DNA of 64,000 nucleotides from assembly GCA_019828565.1 (NCBI GenBank), contig JAHDYR010000009.1, positions 289,647-353,646 of the forward strand. The letters are read 5' to 3'. Each line of letters begins with the position of its first letter. Positions within the stretch are counted from its first letter, which is position 1. The DNA is from Carpediemonas membranifera BICM (lineage: Eukaryota; Protista; Fornicata). Positions 1 to 12,932 of the stretch are shown piece after piece. The notes beneath the pieces were generated by a model. The model was not told the DNA's origin, ran no database searches, and worked only from the letters and a program-made list of their open reading frames with translations. Made by a program: the position numbers and the translations under genes.

Positions 1-789
1 AAGCCTGCCAATGTCCTATTGTTCAGCCAGGATGTCCCAATCAACGGTGTCGGCTTGACTGCGAAGATCTGCGACTTTGGTGTGTGCCACAAGAAGGAGA
101 AGGAGAAGGGGAGCAACGAGGGCTGGCCAACAGTATGCATCGGCACGCCGCACTACCAGTCCCCGGAGATGATCAGCGGCGAGCCAGTGGGCCCGAAGTC
201 AGACATATGGGCCCTGGGCGCATTGATGTTCGAGATGTGCAACCTGAAACCACCCTTCGACTCGAGCAACAAGTCCGCCATCGCTCTCATGGCCAACATC
301 ATGGACGGCAAGCACCGAGTGGTGTCCACGAAGTATTCCAAGTGGATGCGGCACATCATCCTCGACCTCATGCTCAACCCTGACCCCGCCAAGCGCCCCA
401 CAGCACACAGCTTCGCGGAGAGCATGGCTAAGCGTAGAGACGACCTGCTCTCCCGGCGACACACGCCGACTCAGGCCCGGCAGGTCCGGCCAAGGAGTGC
501 AGGGCCGGTGAAGGTTGGCGGGGCAGGGCCGGTGGGGCTCCGGCAAGGGGCGGGTGAGAAGAGGGCTGAGAGCAAGCCCGAGCACCGCAGCCACAGGCCG
601 GTGAACGTACCCCCGAGCGGGAGTCGGACTGACAGGCCCCGGGAGCGGCGGACCAAGTCGAACGTCGCAGAGTTTATTGCCCGGCAGAGGTCCGTGAGCC
701 AGGCATCGCTGCATGAGGACATCGGCGTGAGCATCTTCACTACCATCCCGGAGGATGTGCTCGAGGCCATGGAGAGTGAGAACGGGTGA
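1..789 (+). CDS. NEK-family Ser/Thr protein kinase, 5' end outside the window
   Basis: Frame is open from base 1 (KPANVLL, end of the catalytic loop), then DFG, GTPHYQSPE, SDIWALG...EMCNLKPPF and PAKRP, typical of NEK kinases, followed by a low-complexity tail. Confidence 0.8.
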   Translation, partial: KPANVLLFSQDVPINGVGLTAKICDFGVCHKKEKEKGSNEGWPTVCIGTPHYQSPEMISGEPVGPKSDIWALGALMFEMCNLKPPFDSSNKSAIALMANIMDGKHRVVSTKYSKWMRHIILDLMLNPDPAKRPTAHSFAESMAKRRDDLLSRRHTPTQARQVRPRSAGPVKVGGAGPVGLRQGAGEKRAESKPEHRSHRPVNVPPSGSRTDRPRERRTKSNVAEFIARQRSVSQASLHEDIGVSIFTTIPEDVLEAMESENG

Positions 790-1612
790 GGACGGTGTGT
801 TGATCATGGACGGGCGTTGACATGGTTGAAGTTACTCATATTGGTGGATAATAATAAAGGTAATGCTGACCCACTTTTTATTATTGGCGCTGATCCTCAG
901 TCAACATGGGTTCGAGGTCATTTGATCCAATCCGCCACAAGCCACACCCATGGACCTCGCTGTGAGTTGGCCTGACTTGAATGTGAATGCCGCACTTGCA
1001 AATAAGTGTTCAATGTCGACCGTGATCAAGATGGCCTCACCGAGTTCGGCGCCACTGAATTCGGATGACACTCAGCCAGAGGCTGTAAGTGGGGCAATAG
1101 CCTTAGATACGTCTAAAACAAAGATTGATGTGGTCATCTTTCATTCTGACACTCCGATGGGTCTACCCACAGTCGATATAGACAGACTAGACTCGACTTG
1201 ACTCGAGCCAACACCCCGCCACCATGAACAAGCCCTTCATCTCACCACTTGTGAGTTCATTCATCCATGAGTCTCAAGATGCGTGAACTCATTCCAATGA
1301 AATCAGGGGTTGACTATACTCCAACCTCATGAATTCAGCGCTGGCTATTCAAATGTTCTGACCGAGTCAGCCTCGTCTTCTGGCAAGCCGTGGCTCTGAC
1401 TGCACACTTGTTCCAGGATAGGGCCCGAGCTGGTCGACCATGGGCATGGGTTTGTTTCCTTTCCATGCGACCAAGCGGCTCTGACAGAAGAGCAGCATTG
1501 TCAGTCACGCATGTGCTTCATTGCTTCACGCATCTGCGTCCAGTTGCCCTGGCTCGAACTTCACCCCCGACAGGATGACGGCCTCATTTCGAGCAAATTC
1601 TCGAACCCGATA

Positions 1613-4600
1613 ATGAAGCCAGAAGCCACCACGGAGAGCATTGGTGGCGCATTAGAGAACAACAGAGCAGAAAGTGATAGAACAAGGTCTGAAATCGGCG
1701 ATATACCCGCTAGCGTGCAGGATTCAACGATCCTACCTGATACCAACGCTACAGAGCAGGAAGAGAAGCAGAACCGCGCGCACGAGCTATTACAGAAGGC
1801 TACACATCATTCCCGCGCCGGCGATCATTCTCGTGCGAAAACCTTTGCTTTGAAGGCGATCGCTCTCCTTGAAGAGACAGATTTCCACGTCGAGCTCGCT
1901 GTAGCGCACCACAACCTCGCCGTGGAGCACGAGTTTCTCAAGGCGTACCATCAGGCAATAGACGAGTACGACAAGTGTGCCAGGATCCTCCACAAGCACA
2001 CGGACGTCACCGACGACGTTCCCGCCCAGTTGCTGCAGGCAAGGAAGGATGCAAGAGCACTGCTGCTGTCCAAGATCACATACACAGGCCCAGCACGGCG
2101 AGCGAAGTCACCCGACCAGACACAGAAACCGTCGAGCTATGGCTTGAAGCGGATGACCGTGCAGCACAAGGTGGTGAGGTCAGCAAAGGCCAGGCCTGGG
2201 TCAACTATCAAGCCGACTCGACCCAGCAGCGGGGGTAGGCCAAGACCACCGAGGACCAAGCGCTCACTCACCCCGGTCCAGGGGTTCTTCGACTCGAACC
2301 CGACTCTGGCCCGTTTCCAGCTGTCGACCAAGCAGACGCCGACCCCGACTGGGCGGAAGTTTGCATTCCCACTGGCTAAGGGTAGCTCTTACGAGCCGCA
2401 GAAGGCGTTTGACGTTACCGTGCCGCTGAATGTGAGTTTGCCAAAAATTGATCGGACGCCGAAGAAAAGTACCGTCAGAAAGCCAGCTACAGCTGGAGCT
2501 AATGGACGAGCTGGCCGTGCGTTACCCAGCGTGCCTAGACGATCGAATGGAGAGCCCGATGAGAACTTCCCAACCCCCAAACCAGTGCTTATTGGGAGAA
2601 AGACTCCAATCAAAGTCAGGGCATGCTCGCCAGTCGTCAGAGACCGTCTTAAGGCCCAACACGAGAGAATAGAGGCCGAGCTCGAATACGGTGAAGAGGA
2701 GCCCCAAGATGATTTGACTGCGTCATTTGATAATTCCCCGAGACCACTCACCGCCTCCCCCGGCACTCCAGTACCGTTGACGAGCGATCGCCCAAGTTTG
2801 AAGGGGACGCCGGTTACTGATTCAGACGCTGATGACAAGTTCACATGGACGACCACAATTAGTGATGTAAGGGAGGGAGCTGAGACTCCGGATAGACTCA
2901 ACAGATTGCCGGAGATTGGAGAAGTGACATCGTCGGTCATTGAATCTGATTTCGAGACTGAGGACGAGTTTTCTGAAGGGATGAGGCAGACACCGCACTT
3001 TGAGGGGCAGTTTGAGCTCAACTTCGAGCGGGTAGCCGAGGGGTACGACCTGGGTGACGCCGACGAGAAGATCGAAGCTGACGCTGAGCAGGCCGACGCC
3101 GACGAGAAGATCGAGGCCGACTCCGACGAGAAGATCGAAGCTGACGCTGAGCAGGCCGACGCCGACGAGAAGATCGAAGCTGACGCTGAGCAGGCCGACG
3201 CCGACGAGAAGATCGAAGCTGACGCTGAGCAGGCCGACTCCGACGAGAAGATCGAAGCCGACGCCGACGAGAAGATCGAGGCCGACGCTGAGCAGGCCGA
3301 CGCCGACGAGAAGATCGAAGCTGACGCTGAGCAGGCCGACGCCGACGAGAAGATCGAGGCCGACTCCGACGAGAAGATCGAAGCTGACGCTGAGCAGGCC
3401 GACGCCGACGAGAAGATCGAGGCCGACGCTGAGCAGGCCGACTCCGATGAGAAGATCGAAGCCGACTCCGACGAGAAGATCGAAGCTGACGCTGAGCAGG
3501 CCGACTCCGACGAGAAGATCGAAGCCGACTCCGACGAGAAGATCGAAGCTGACGCTGAGCAGGCCGACTCCGACGAGAAGATCGAAGCCGACTCCGACGA
3601 GAAGATCGAAGCTGACGCTGAGCAGGCCGACGCCGACGAGAAGATCGAGGCCGACTCCGACGAGAAGATCGAAGCTGACGCTGAGCAGGCCGACTCCGAC
3701 GAGAAGATCGAAGCTGACGCTGAGCAGGCCGACGCCGACGAGAAGATCGAAGCTGACGCTGAGCAGGCCGACGCCGACGAGAAGATCGAAGCCGACTCCG
3801 ACGAGAAGATCGAAGCTGACGCTGAGCAGGCCGACTCCGACGAGAAGATCGAAGCTGACGCTGAGCAGGCCGACTCCGACGAGAAGATCGAAGCTGACGC
3901 TGAGCAGGCCGACTCCGACGAGAAGATCGAAGCCGACTCCGACGAGAAGATCGAAGCTGACGCTGAGCAGGCCGACTCCGACGAGAAGATCGAAGCCGAC
4001 TCCGACGAGAAGATCGAAGCTGACGCTGAGCAGGCCGACTCCGACGAGAAGATCGAAGCTGACGCTGAGCAGGCCGACTCCGACGAGAAGATCGAGGCCG
4101 ACTCCGACGAGAAGATCGAAGCTGACGCTGAGCAGGCCGACTCCGACGAGAAGATCGAAGCCGACTCCGACGAGAAGATCGAGGCCGACGCTGAGCAGGC
4201 CGACTCCGACGAGAAGATCGAAGCCGACTCCGACGAGAAGATCGAAGCTGACGCTGAGCAGGCCGACGCCGACGAGAAGATCGAAGCCGACTCCGACGAG
4301 AAGATCGAAGCTGACGCTGAGCAGGCCGACGCCGACGAGAAGATCGAGGCCGACGCTGAGCAGGCCGACTCCGATGAGAAGATCGAAGCCGACTCCGACG
4401 AGAAGATCGAAGCTGACGCTGAGCAGGCCGACTCCGACGAGAAGATCGAGGCCGACTCGACGAGAAGATCGAAGCTGACGCTGAGCAGGCCGACGCCGAC
4501 GAGAAGATCCGAAGCCGACTCCGACGAAGATCGAAGCTGACGCTGAGCAGGCCGACGCCGACGAGAAGATCGAGGCCGACTCCGACGAGAAGATCGAAGC

Positions 4601-7600
4601 TGACGCTGAGCAGGCCGACGCCGACGAGAAGATCGAGGCCGACTCCGACGAGAAGATCGAAGCTGACGCTGAGCAGGCCGACGCCGACGAGAAGATCGAG
4701 GCCGACTCCGACGAGAAGATCGAAGCTGACGCTGAGCAGGCCGACGCCGACGAGAAGATCGAAGCCGACTCCGACGAGAAGATCGAAGCTGACGCTGAGC
4801 AGGCCGACTCCGACGAGAAGATCGAGGCCGACTCCGACGAGAAGATCGAAGCTGACGCTGAGCAGGCCGACGCCGACGAGAAGATCGAAGCTGACGCAAA
4901 GATCGAAGCTGACGCTGAGCAGGCCGACGCCGACGAGAAGATCGAGGCCGACTCCGACGAGAAGATCGAAGCTGACGCTGAGCAGGCCGACGCCGACGAG
5001 AAGATCGAGGCCGACTCCGACGAGAAGATCGAAGCTGACGCTGAGCAGGCCGACGCCGACGAGAAGATCGAAGCCGACTCCGACGAGAAGATCGAAGCTG
5101 ACGCTGAGCAGGCCGACGCCGACGAGAAGATCGAGGCCGACGCTGAGCAGGCCGACGCCGACGAGAAGATCGAAGCTGACGCTGAGCAGGCCGACGCCGA
5201 CGAGAAGATCGAAGCTGACGCTGAGCAGGCCGACGCCGACGAGAAGATCGAGGCCGACGCTGAGCAGGCCGACGCCGACGAGAAGATCGAAGCTGACGCT
5301 GAGCAGGCCGACTCCGACGAGAAGATCGAAGCCGACTCCGACGAGAAGATCGAAGCTGACGCTGAGCAGGCCGACGCCGACGAGAAGATCGAGGCCGACT
5401 CCGACGAGAAGATCGAAGCTGACGCTGAGCAGGCCGACTCCGACGAGAAGATCGAGGCCGACTCCGACGAGAAGATCGAAGCTGACGCTGAGCAGGCCGA
5501 CTCCGACGAGAAGATCGAAGCTGACGCTGAGCAGGCCGACTCCGACGAGAAGATCGAAGCCGACTCCGACGAGAAGATCGAAGCTGACGCTGAGCAGGCC
5601 GACGCCGACGAGAAGATCGAGGCCGACGCTGAGCAGGCCGACGCCGACGAGAAGATCGAAGCTGACGCTGAGCAGGCCGACTCCGACGAGAAGATCGAAG
5701 CCGACTCCGACGAGAAGATCGAAGCTGACGCTGAGCAGGCCGACGCCGACGAGAAGATCGAGGCCGACGCTGAGCAGGCCGACTCCGACGAGAAGATCGA
5801 AGCCGACTCCGACGAGAAGATCGAGGCCGACGCTGAGCAGGCCGACTCCGATGAGAAGATCGAGGCCGACTCCGACGAGAAGATCGAAGCTGACGCTGAG
5901 CAGGCCGACTCCGACGAGAAGATCGAAGCCGACTCCGACGAGAAGATCGAGGCCGACGCTGAGCAGGCCGACTCCGATGAGAAGATCGAAGCCGACTCCG
6001 ACGAGAAGATCGAAGCTGACGCTGAGCAGGCCGACTCCGACGAGAAGATCGAAGCCGACTCCGACGAGAAGATCGAAGCTGACGCTGAGCAGGCCGACTC
6101 CGACGAGAAGATCGAAGCCGACTCCGACGAGAAGATCGAAGCTGACGCTGAGCAGGCCGACTCCGACGAGAAGATCGAAGCCGACTCCGACGAGAAGATC
6201 GAAGCTGACGCTGAGCAGGCCGACGCCGACGAGAAGATCGAAGCCGACTCCGACGAGAAGATCGAAGCTGACGCTGAGCAGGCCGACTCCGACGAGAAGA
6301 TCGAAGCCGACTCCGACGAGAAGATCGAAGCTGACGCTGAGCAGGCCGACTCCGACGAGAAGATCGAAGCTGACGCTGAGCAGGCCGACGCCGACGAGAA
6401 GATCGAAGCTGACGCTGAGCAGGCCGACGCCGACGAGAAGATCGAGGCCGACGCTGAGCAGGCCGACGCCGACGAGAAGATCGAAGCTGACGCTGAGCAG
6501 GCCGACTCCGACGAGAAGATCGAAGCCGACTCCGACGAGAAGATCGAGGCCGACGCTGAGCAGGCCGACTCCGACGAGAAGATCGAAGCCGACTCCGACG
6601 AGAAGATCGAAGCTGACGCTGAGCAGGCCGACTCCGACGAGAAGATCGAAGCTGACGCTGAGCAGGCCGACGCCGACGAGAAGATCGAAGCTGACGCTGA
6701 GCAGGCCGACGCCGACGAGAAGATCGAGGCCGACTCCGACGAGAAGATCGAAGCTGACGCTGAGCAGGCCGACGCCGACGAGAAGATCGAGGCCGACGCT
6801 GAGCAGGCCGACTCCGACGAGAAGATCGAAGCCGACTCCGACGAGAAGATCGAGGCCGACGCTGAGCAGGCCGACTCCGACGAGAAGATCGAAGCCGACT
6901 CCGACGAGAAGATCGAAGCTGACGCTGAGCAGGCCGACGCCGACGAGAAGATCGAGGCCGACTCCGACGAGAAGATCGAAGCTGACGCTGAGCAGGCCGA
7001 CTCCGACGAGAAGATCGAGGCCGACTCCGACGAGAAGATCGAAGCTGACGCTGAGCAGGCCGACGCCGACGAGAAGATCGAAGCCGACTCCGACGAGAAG
7101 ATCGAAGCTGACGCTGAGCAGGCCGACTCCGACGAGAAGATCGAAGCCGACTCCGACGAGAAGATCGAAGCTGACGCTGAGCAGGCCGACTCCGACGAGA
7201 AGATCGAAGCCGACTCCGACGAGAAGATCGAAGCTGACGCTGAGCAGGCCGACTCCGACGAGAAGATCGAAGCCGACTCCGACGAGAAGATCGAAGCTGA
7301 CGCTGAGCAGGCCGACGCCGATGAGAAGATCGAAGCCGACTCCGACGAGAAGATCGAAGCTGACGCTGAGCAGGCCGACGCCGACGAGAAGATCGAGGCC
7401 GACGCTGAGCAGGCCGACTCCGACGAGAAGATCGAAGCCGACGCTGAGCAGCCCCTCCACCCACGCATCCTACAGGTGGACGGCAGCCCGACCCGCATCT
7501 ACAGCGACCACATCACGAGCACCATCAAGCTCACCGCCGCAGTCGGCACCGCCATCACCCAGGCCGAGCAGGCCGCAGAGCAGGCCGAGGCCATGACGAG

Positions 7601-7886
7601 GAAGCTGTCGCACCCCGCCTTCCCCACCCGATCCTACTTCCTCCCCGCTGCTGACGAGAACGCCGGTAACCACGGAGTCAATGCGGAGTCCCCCGAGCCT
7701 AGTGCCTCAGTGCTCAGTGGCCGGAGCTCCACGATGAGCCAGCACGAGGGATCTCAGTTCATCAAGGACCAGATCCGAAAGACACTCACCAATGCTGACA
7801 AGCTGCTTGAAGGGACTGACGCCAAGGTCACATGGGGCCGGAGTATCGCTGTGCCGCCCCTGCCTGGAAGACTCACTGTTGATTAG
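1613..7886 (+). CDS. Large (~2,090 aa) protein: N-terminal TPR-like helices, basic linker, ~1,460 aa acidic repeat; frameshifted in the assembly at ~4458-4530
   Basis: ATG at 1613 and TPR-like segment ELAVAHHNLAVEHEFL. Three indels inside the repeat (-1 at ~4458, +1 at ~4510, -2 at ~4527; net -2) exactly convert the 1511 frame into the frame of the 7476..7886 ORF. Confidence 0.7.
3056..7451 (+). repeat. Coding minisatellite of interspersed 39-bp (DEKIEADAEQAD[A/S]) and 24-bp (DEKIEADS) units
   Basis: Directly visible tandem array of gacgagaagatcgaagctgacgctgagcaggccgac[g/t]cc and gacgagaagatcga[a/g]gccgactcc. Confidence 0.98.
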
Positions 7887-9637
7887 ACGTGCATTTTACT
7901 TATTTTACTCTTTTTTAAAGATCTCTCTTTCCTTCCTGAACGGGTCGTTGGAGACAGTGGAGGTGATACTGGCTGGTCAACTGGAGTCAAAGTCGCTTGT
8001 GGAGTTTTTACACGAGCACCAGAGCATTGCGTTTGAACATCAATCCAGGGTGGTCTGGTCGTGGAACCCATCAAATCTAGTCTTGACCAGTGGAGACGGC
8101 TACTAGGACTGTTGATGGGATCACTCGGCCGGGCCAACCATGACTCAGGTTGCTGTGCCTGTGAATGTCCTTGCTCTTGGCAATGTCCTTGTTCCTGGCG
8201 TTGCATTGCTCAAATGTCGACCATCCGTGAATCCGATGAGGTCAACCTGTCAAAGTACCACTAATGAGTGCGTGGCATTGGGCCAGCGCGAGCGTGGTGT
8301 TATTTATTTATGAAGACCTGCATTTACAGGCCAGGACTGCGTGCAGCTGGGGCGAGAGGCGACGCGGGCCATGATGATCAGAGACAAGGCTCTTGGAAAT
8401 CTTTATCCCACGCCCCGTACTCCTGTCCCGATATTCACTCACGTAGACGCGGCTATCCATGGGAAAGGCTGCACCTGGATCAGGGAAGGGGGTCTGCAGT
8501 ACAGTCGGGCAGAGTCGTCACTCCGGCCGGGTCGACGTTACCAGGCAATTCACAAAAGACGTCCCGTTTATCCAACGTTCCATTCGCTGATGAGTTGTTA
8601 AAGGGAGCGTTAGTCGACCCGTTGGCGGCGCTGTAGGGCGTCTTCCGACCTCATTCATTGCTTACATGCAACTTCTCATGCGTGGCCACCCAACCCGCGG
8701 CAACCCTTTGCCCAGCCGACGTCACCATCAGTCATCACACTGCCAAGGAACAATATCCAAGCCACGTTCCTCCCGCCAAGGTGATCTTCCTTTTTTTCGC
8801 GCATTTTTTCTCACAACTCATCATGGCATGGTTGTGTGAATTGTGTGAACTCGCGATTCATGCAGTTAGTGATGCTGATTTCGTACTCTTTCTCTCTTCT
8901 ACACGTCTAGATCGCATTTATTCTCGCTATCTTTGTTTCGGTCTCTCCACGGTGCCGAACTAAACAACATCAATCAGGTGCGCCGACGGGACCCTGGAGC
9001 GGCAACAAGGTAAGTCCGCCACCATCATATGATGTCAGAATCCTAGCTGTGCGCCACGGCGTCTTCGGACCCGTGGGATTGCATTGGCCTCTGGCCCTTG
9101 CTGCACACCGGGACAGCCGCGCCACTTTGTACGGCGTGGAACCCGAGTTAGTGCTAGGAACGTGTGGATAGTATGAGACTACCGCGCGACATCAGATGGA
9201 CCTGGGACATTGAGCCTAGATGATACACTTGGACAACCCCGCAGCTGCTGGGACTGGCGAGTGTATGCGGGAGGGCAGCCCGCGGCGTGGAGCCCCCATT
9301 GGAGTCATACCCATGGGGGGTCATTTTCGTCCGAAATCCAGCACGCCAACTCTCTGCCCGGCTTCAGCAAGTCTGCCGTGAAGTAACAACGAGTCATGAT
9401 ATGTGCTATCGCCACGACGACAATGCGGAGTCATTTATCTCTCTAAAGATGATGTTACAGCAGAGACCACCATCAGCCCGAGCGACCAGCGACCCCTTTG
9501 AAACGCCCATAAACGCTGTATTTATGGCGTGCAATGCTGTTTCGCAGGTCTGCGGTGCCAGGAGAGCGTAGCTTAAGGTGCCTCGCCTGAGTCGAGAAGT
9601 CACCATTTTTCGTTTTCCAGAGTGCTGGAAAGCTCGA

Positions 9638-11436
9638 ATGTTTGTCTCGACACCGAAGAACATCCAAGTTGTATTCAGAGCTGGTGCTACCAAGCTGGAC
9701 AACAAGGATATGGCCTACGTGAACAAGATCAACCAGGAGAAGTCTAAGAAATCCTTCTTCGACCGTGTGCTGTTCGTATCTCTCGTTTCAAGCCTTATTA
9801 AGCGACGAATTTGCCAAGATGGAGCGTGATCTCGGCCTTGCACAGCAAGCTACGATGCTGCTCGGCATGGCTCGCGTGCACCACCGAAACACCGAGGATC
9901 TCGCCAGTATGTGCCTACCACCACCAAGCTCACACAGAAGACTCCAATGCCGCTCTCCGCAGAGCTCTCATAGGCGACCAGAACAAGAGGAAGCAGAAGA
10001 AAAAGGCCGCTGTGCTTATTGAGAAGGCTGCCGACGAGCTGTTCGAGTTGATGGATGATGGCATCGACGACCTCAGCGCCTTCGCCAATGCCGGCGACGA
10101 GGTGTACCACGGATTTGCCGCAACAATGCTCAGCTCAAACTACAACGACAAGACGCAAAACACTTCTTCTTTCAGCGCCACTGACCAGAACCCCGGCGCT
10201 GTCCACCAGAGGCTGTACGAGGATTCCATCAACAGACCTAACTTCGATCTCCACGGGGCTGAGCGCGAGTTCGAGGAGGAGGCTGCCCGTTCCACTGTTG
10301 GCGATGATGAGTACGTCAACGACTTCCTCAACGACCAGATAGACGGTATGGATGACCTCGATATGGTTGGCGGAATGGCCGATCTAGGCGATTTCGGGGA
10401 CGCAAACCCCCTGAGCGGTGGTTTCGAGGACCCCGACGCTGATGATGGCACGCAGCCTCTTCCTGCAGAACTTCAGTCCGATGGCGAGGCCGGCGATGGT
10501 GAGGCACCGGCGGCTAAACCTGCGCAAAAGAAGAAGAAGCCTGCCAAGAAGAAGGGGAAGGTGACCAAGGACAAGGCGATCAGCCTGACAGACGCCGAGT
10601 TCCGGTACCAGCTCGCCCACTCCCATCTGACGACGGTGCGGCGCCCCACCATCCTCGACTATGACCCTTTCATCGAGGACAGTGGAGACCTCGTGCCCCT
10701 CGAGTATGACGACTGGCTGCACAACAAGCTCGTGGCCCGGATGATCGCGTTGCATGACCAGCAGGCCGAGCCCAAGATCAAGAGCACCAAGAAGAAAACT
10801 CAGAAGGACAACGGCGAAGTTGCCGCCGGGGAGCTTTCGGAGGACGCCGCGCTCGACGAGATCTTCGGTGCCGCTGCCGTCGACGGCCCCGATGCCGTCC
10901 AGGACTTCGACCTCCCCGAGGACGACTTTGGCGGCTTTGCCCCAGCGATGGACGAGCCTGACTTCGAGGACAACGGCCTCCAGCCCCTGCCCCGCACTGA
11001 ACGCCCGGCCCCGGGCATGTTTACTGATGATGATCTCAAGGCGATGCCTCTGCCCGTGGCGACAACTGTCTTGAGCGATAAGGCGTTCCTCCGGTATGCT
11101 AATGTTGTTGAGACGGAGGACAAGGCAATGGCTGCGGAGATCCAGGAGCGTGTGATGGAGAACGAGGGCAAGAACAAGCGCCATGAGGATGACCGGGCCG
11201 GCATGTACATCGCCGCCGTGGTGAACAGTCTGAAGGATGGCGAGGCGGTCGAGATCGAGAAGATCATCCGCCGCGACGAGATGAAGGTGACCTCTAAGGA
11301 GCAGGCCCAAGACAAGCGCCATGCGACGGCCGTGCTGTTCATGCAGTCACTTCATCTCATCCGTGATGGCACCGTCGGGTACGAGCAGGGGAAGGGGCTC
11401 AGCATGAAGCTCAAGCGGAAAGCAGCCAATATGTAA
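9638..11436 (+). CDS. Cohesin kleisin subunit (Rad21/Rec8 family), probably two short introns
   Basis: N-terminal LAQQATMLLGMARVH resembles the kleisin N-domain helix; C-terminal ATAVLFMQSLHLIRDGTVGYEQ resembles the winged-helix end; acidic middle region. Frames join via an intron at 9907-9937 (GTATGT..CTCACACAG, 31 nt) and a first intron near 9765-9818 with uncertain ends. Confidence 0.7.
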
Positions 11437-11655
11437 ACGGTGGGAGACTTGGATGAGACCATCGCCCTTGCCGTTGCACCATGGGCTGTCACCCCAAGGC
11501 CAGTGCCACTTCCAGATGTCGCCGACTGGGACCTAGCGCGACCTCTTCAACCCTTGTCTGGGCGTGTGGGTGTACAGCATGGCCGTCGTCTGAGTTGATT
11601 CGGATGACTGCAAGATTTCCGAGATCGATCGTATCGATCACAGTTTCTTCAACGC

Positions 11656-12708
11656 ATGCCCGAAAGAAAGGCAAGCCTTCGCGACGCAGTTCGAGCTTGG
11701 GGTGGTTTACTGCTTATCACAGCCCTATGCTTCGGCCTGTTCTACATTGGTCGCCACAACATCCCGTCGTCGAGAATTCAGCGATTCTGCATCATTCTCG
11801 CCGGTGTTTTCCTCATAGGCCTCATATTCATCTCCATTCCCAACTGCTGGTACGCCAACTGCCTCTCGATCATGAACTTGATGTGCGGCGTCACCGCCAT
11901 GTACCTCATGGTGGAATACTCTGGCCAGATCCCCCCACAGCACCCGGACGAGCTCCTGAGGCATCCCCCAGTGCTCTCGCACACACGTATCATGCTGTAT
12001 AAGAAGGAGCTTGTCCTTCTCCTCGTGTTCATCGGCCAGTTCTTTGACCTCTTCGACGGCCGTGCCGCCGAGCAGTGGGGGTCAACCCCCAAGGGTGAGT
12101 ACTTCGACGACGTCGCCGACGGTACAAGCTTCGGATTCACAATTGGTGCGCTCATCTTTGTATCAACAGAGAACCGAGTCGTTGGCCTCTTTGCCGGCGC
12201 CACGCATGCCATTAGCACCCTGTACCGCCTCGTCCGCTTCATCGTCGAGAAGCACAAGGCGGGCCAGACCGGTGGTGTCCTCCAGTTCGACGGCATGCCG
12301 TCCCCCGCTGCCGCTCTCCTCCTCGGCTCTGGCGTGATCGTCTTCTCCCGCTTTGGAAAGCCCGGAGACCTCGCCATTGCCGCTCTCACCGCCCTGTCCT
12401 CCGCTCTCCAGGTCTCATGGACCCCCTACCCCCACCTGTCCCGCGCATTCTTTGCCTGGGTCCCTCGTCGTATGCTCACACTGTGGTTCATTGCCGGGGT
12501 GATCGGCGCGACAGTATGCACTGCCTTCCACCGGGTGTGGGTCCCCGTGTTTGCCGTGCATGTCCTGGTCATTATTTACGCCATTTCACCGCTCATCAAG
12601 GGATGGCCTCTGTTCAGCAGCCCGGCACTCATCAGCGTGCTCGAGGCGCTGTGGCTTAGATCCAAGGATGGCTCCAGGTACCTGAACAAGATGGCCAAGC
12701 AGGAGTAA
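11656..12708 (+). CDS. CDP-alcohol phosphatidyltransferase (PssA/phosphatidylserine synthase-like) membrane protein
   Basis: Signature DLFDGRAAEQWGSTPKGEYFDDVADGTSFG, FDGMPSPAAA motif and multiple hydrophobic helices. Confidence 0.85.
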   Translation: MPERKASLRDAVRAWGGLLLITALCFGLFYIGRHNIPSSRIQRFCIILAGVFLIGLIFISIPNCWYANCLSIMNLMCGVTAMYLMVEYSGQIPPQHPDELLRHPPVLSHTRIMLYKKELVLLLVFIGQFFDLFDGRAAEQWGSTPKGEYFDDVADGTSFGFTIGALIFVSTENRVVGLFAGATHAISTLYRLVRFIVEKHKAGQTGGVLQFDGMPSPAAALLLGSGVIVFSRFGKPGDLAIAALTALSSALQVSWTPYPHLSRAFFAWVPRRMLTLWFIAGVIGATVCTAFHRVWVPVFAVHVLVIIYAISPLIKGWPLFSSPALISVLEALWLRSKDGSRYLNKMAKQE

Positions 12709-12932
12709 ACATGATTTTTTTGACCTCGTCAAATTGAGACGATCTGATCTATTGATGAAGTTAAGACTCTGCATCTCCAGCTGAGATTTATTGAATGCAC
12801 TCTGGATGAAGATCGAAGCTTTGTGCCCACTCCTGTAACCCGATACTCGCCCCCGTATTGTGCTGTACTGACCAAGAGTTTGACTGCGTCATTTCACGGG
12901 AGTCAGGGGAGTCGAGGACTAAAACCCGCCAA

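Noticed and set aside
3056-7451. CRISPR-like array
   Set aside because: No unique spacers; the units are codon multiples within a eukaryotic ORF, and there are no cas genes.
2389-7498. Three very long minus-strand ORFs (1,480-1,691 aa) and Arg/Thr-rich plus-strand ORFs
   Set aside because: They are by-products of a stop-free tandem repeat; only the acidic frame connects to unique N- and C-terminal coding sequence.
7887-9600. Short ORFs in the 1.7-kb gap, also 18294-18707, 19628-19972 and 28151-28351
   Set aside because: No recognisable motifs or consistent coding signal; left unannotated.
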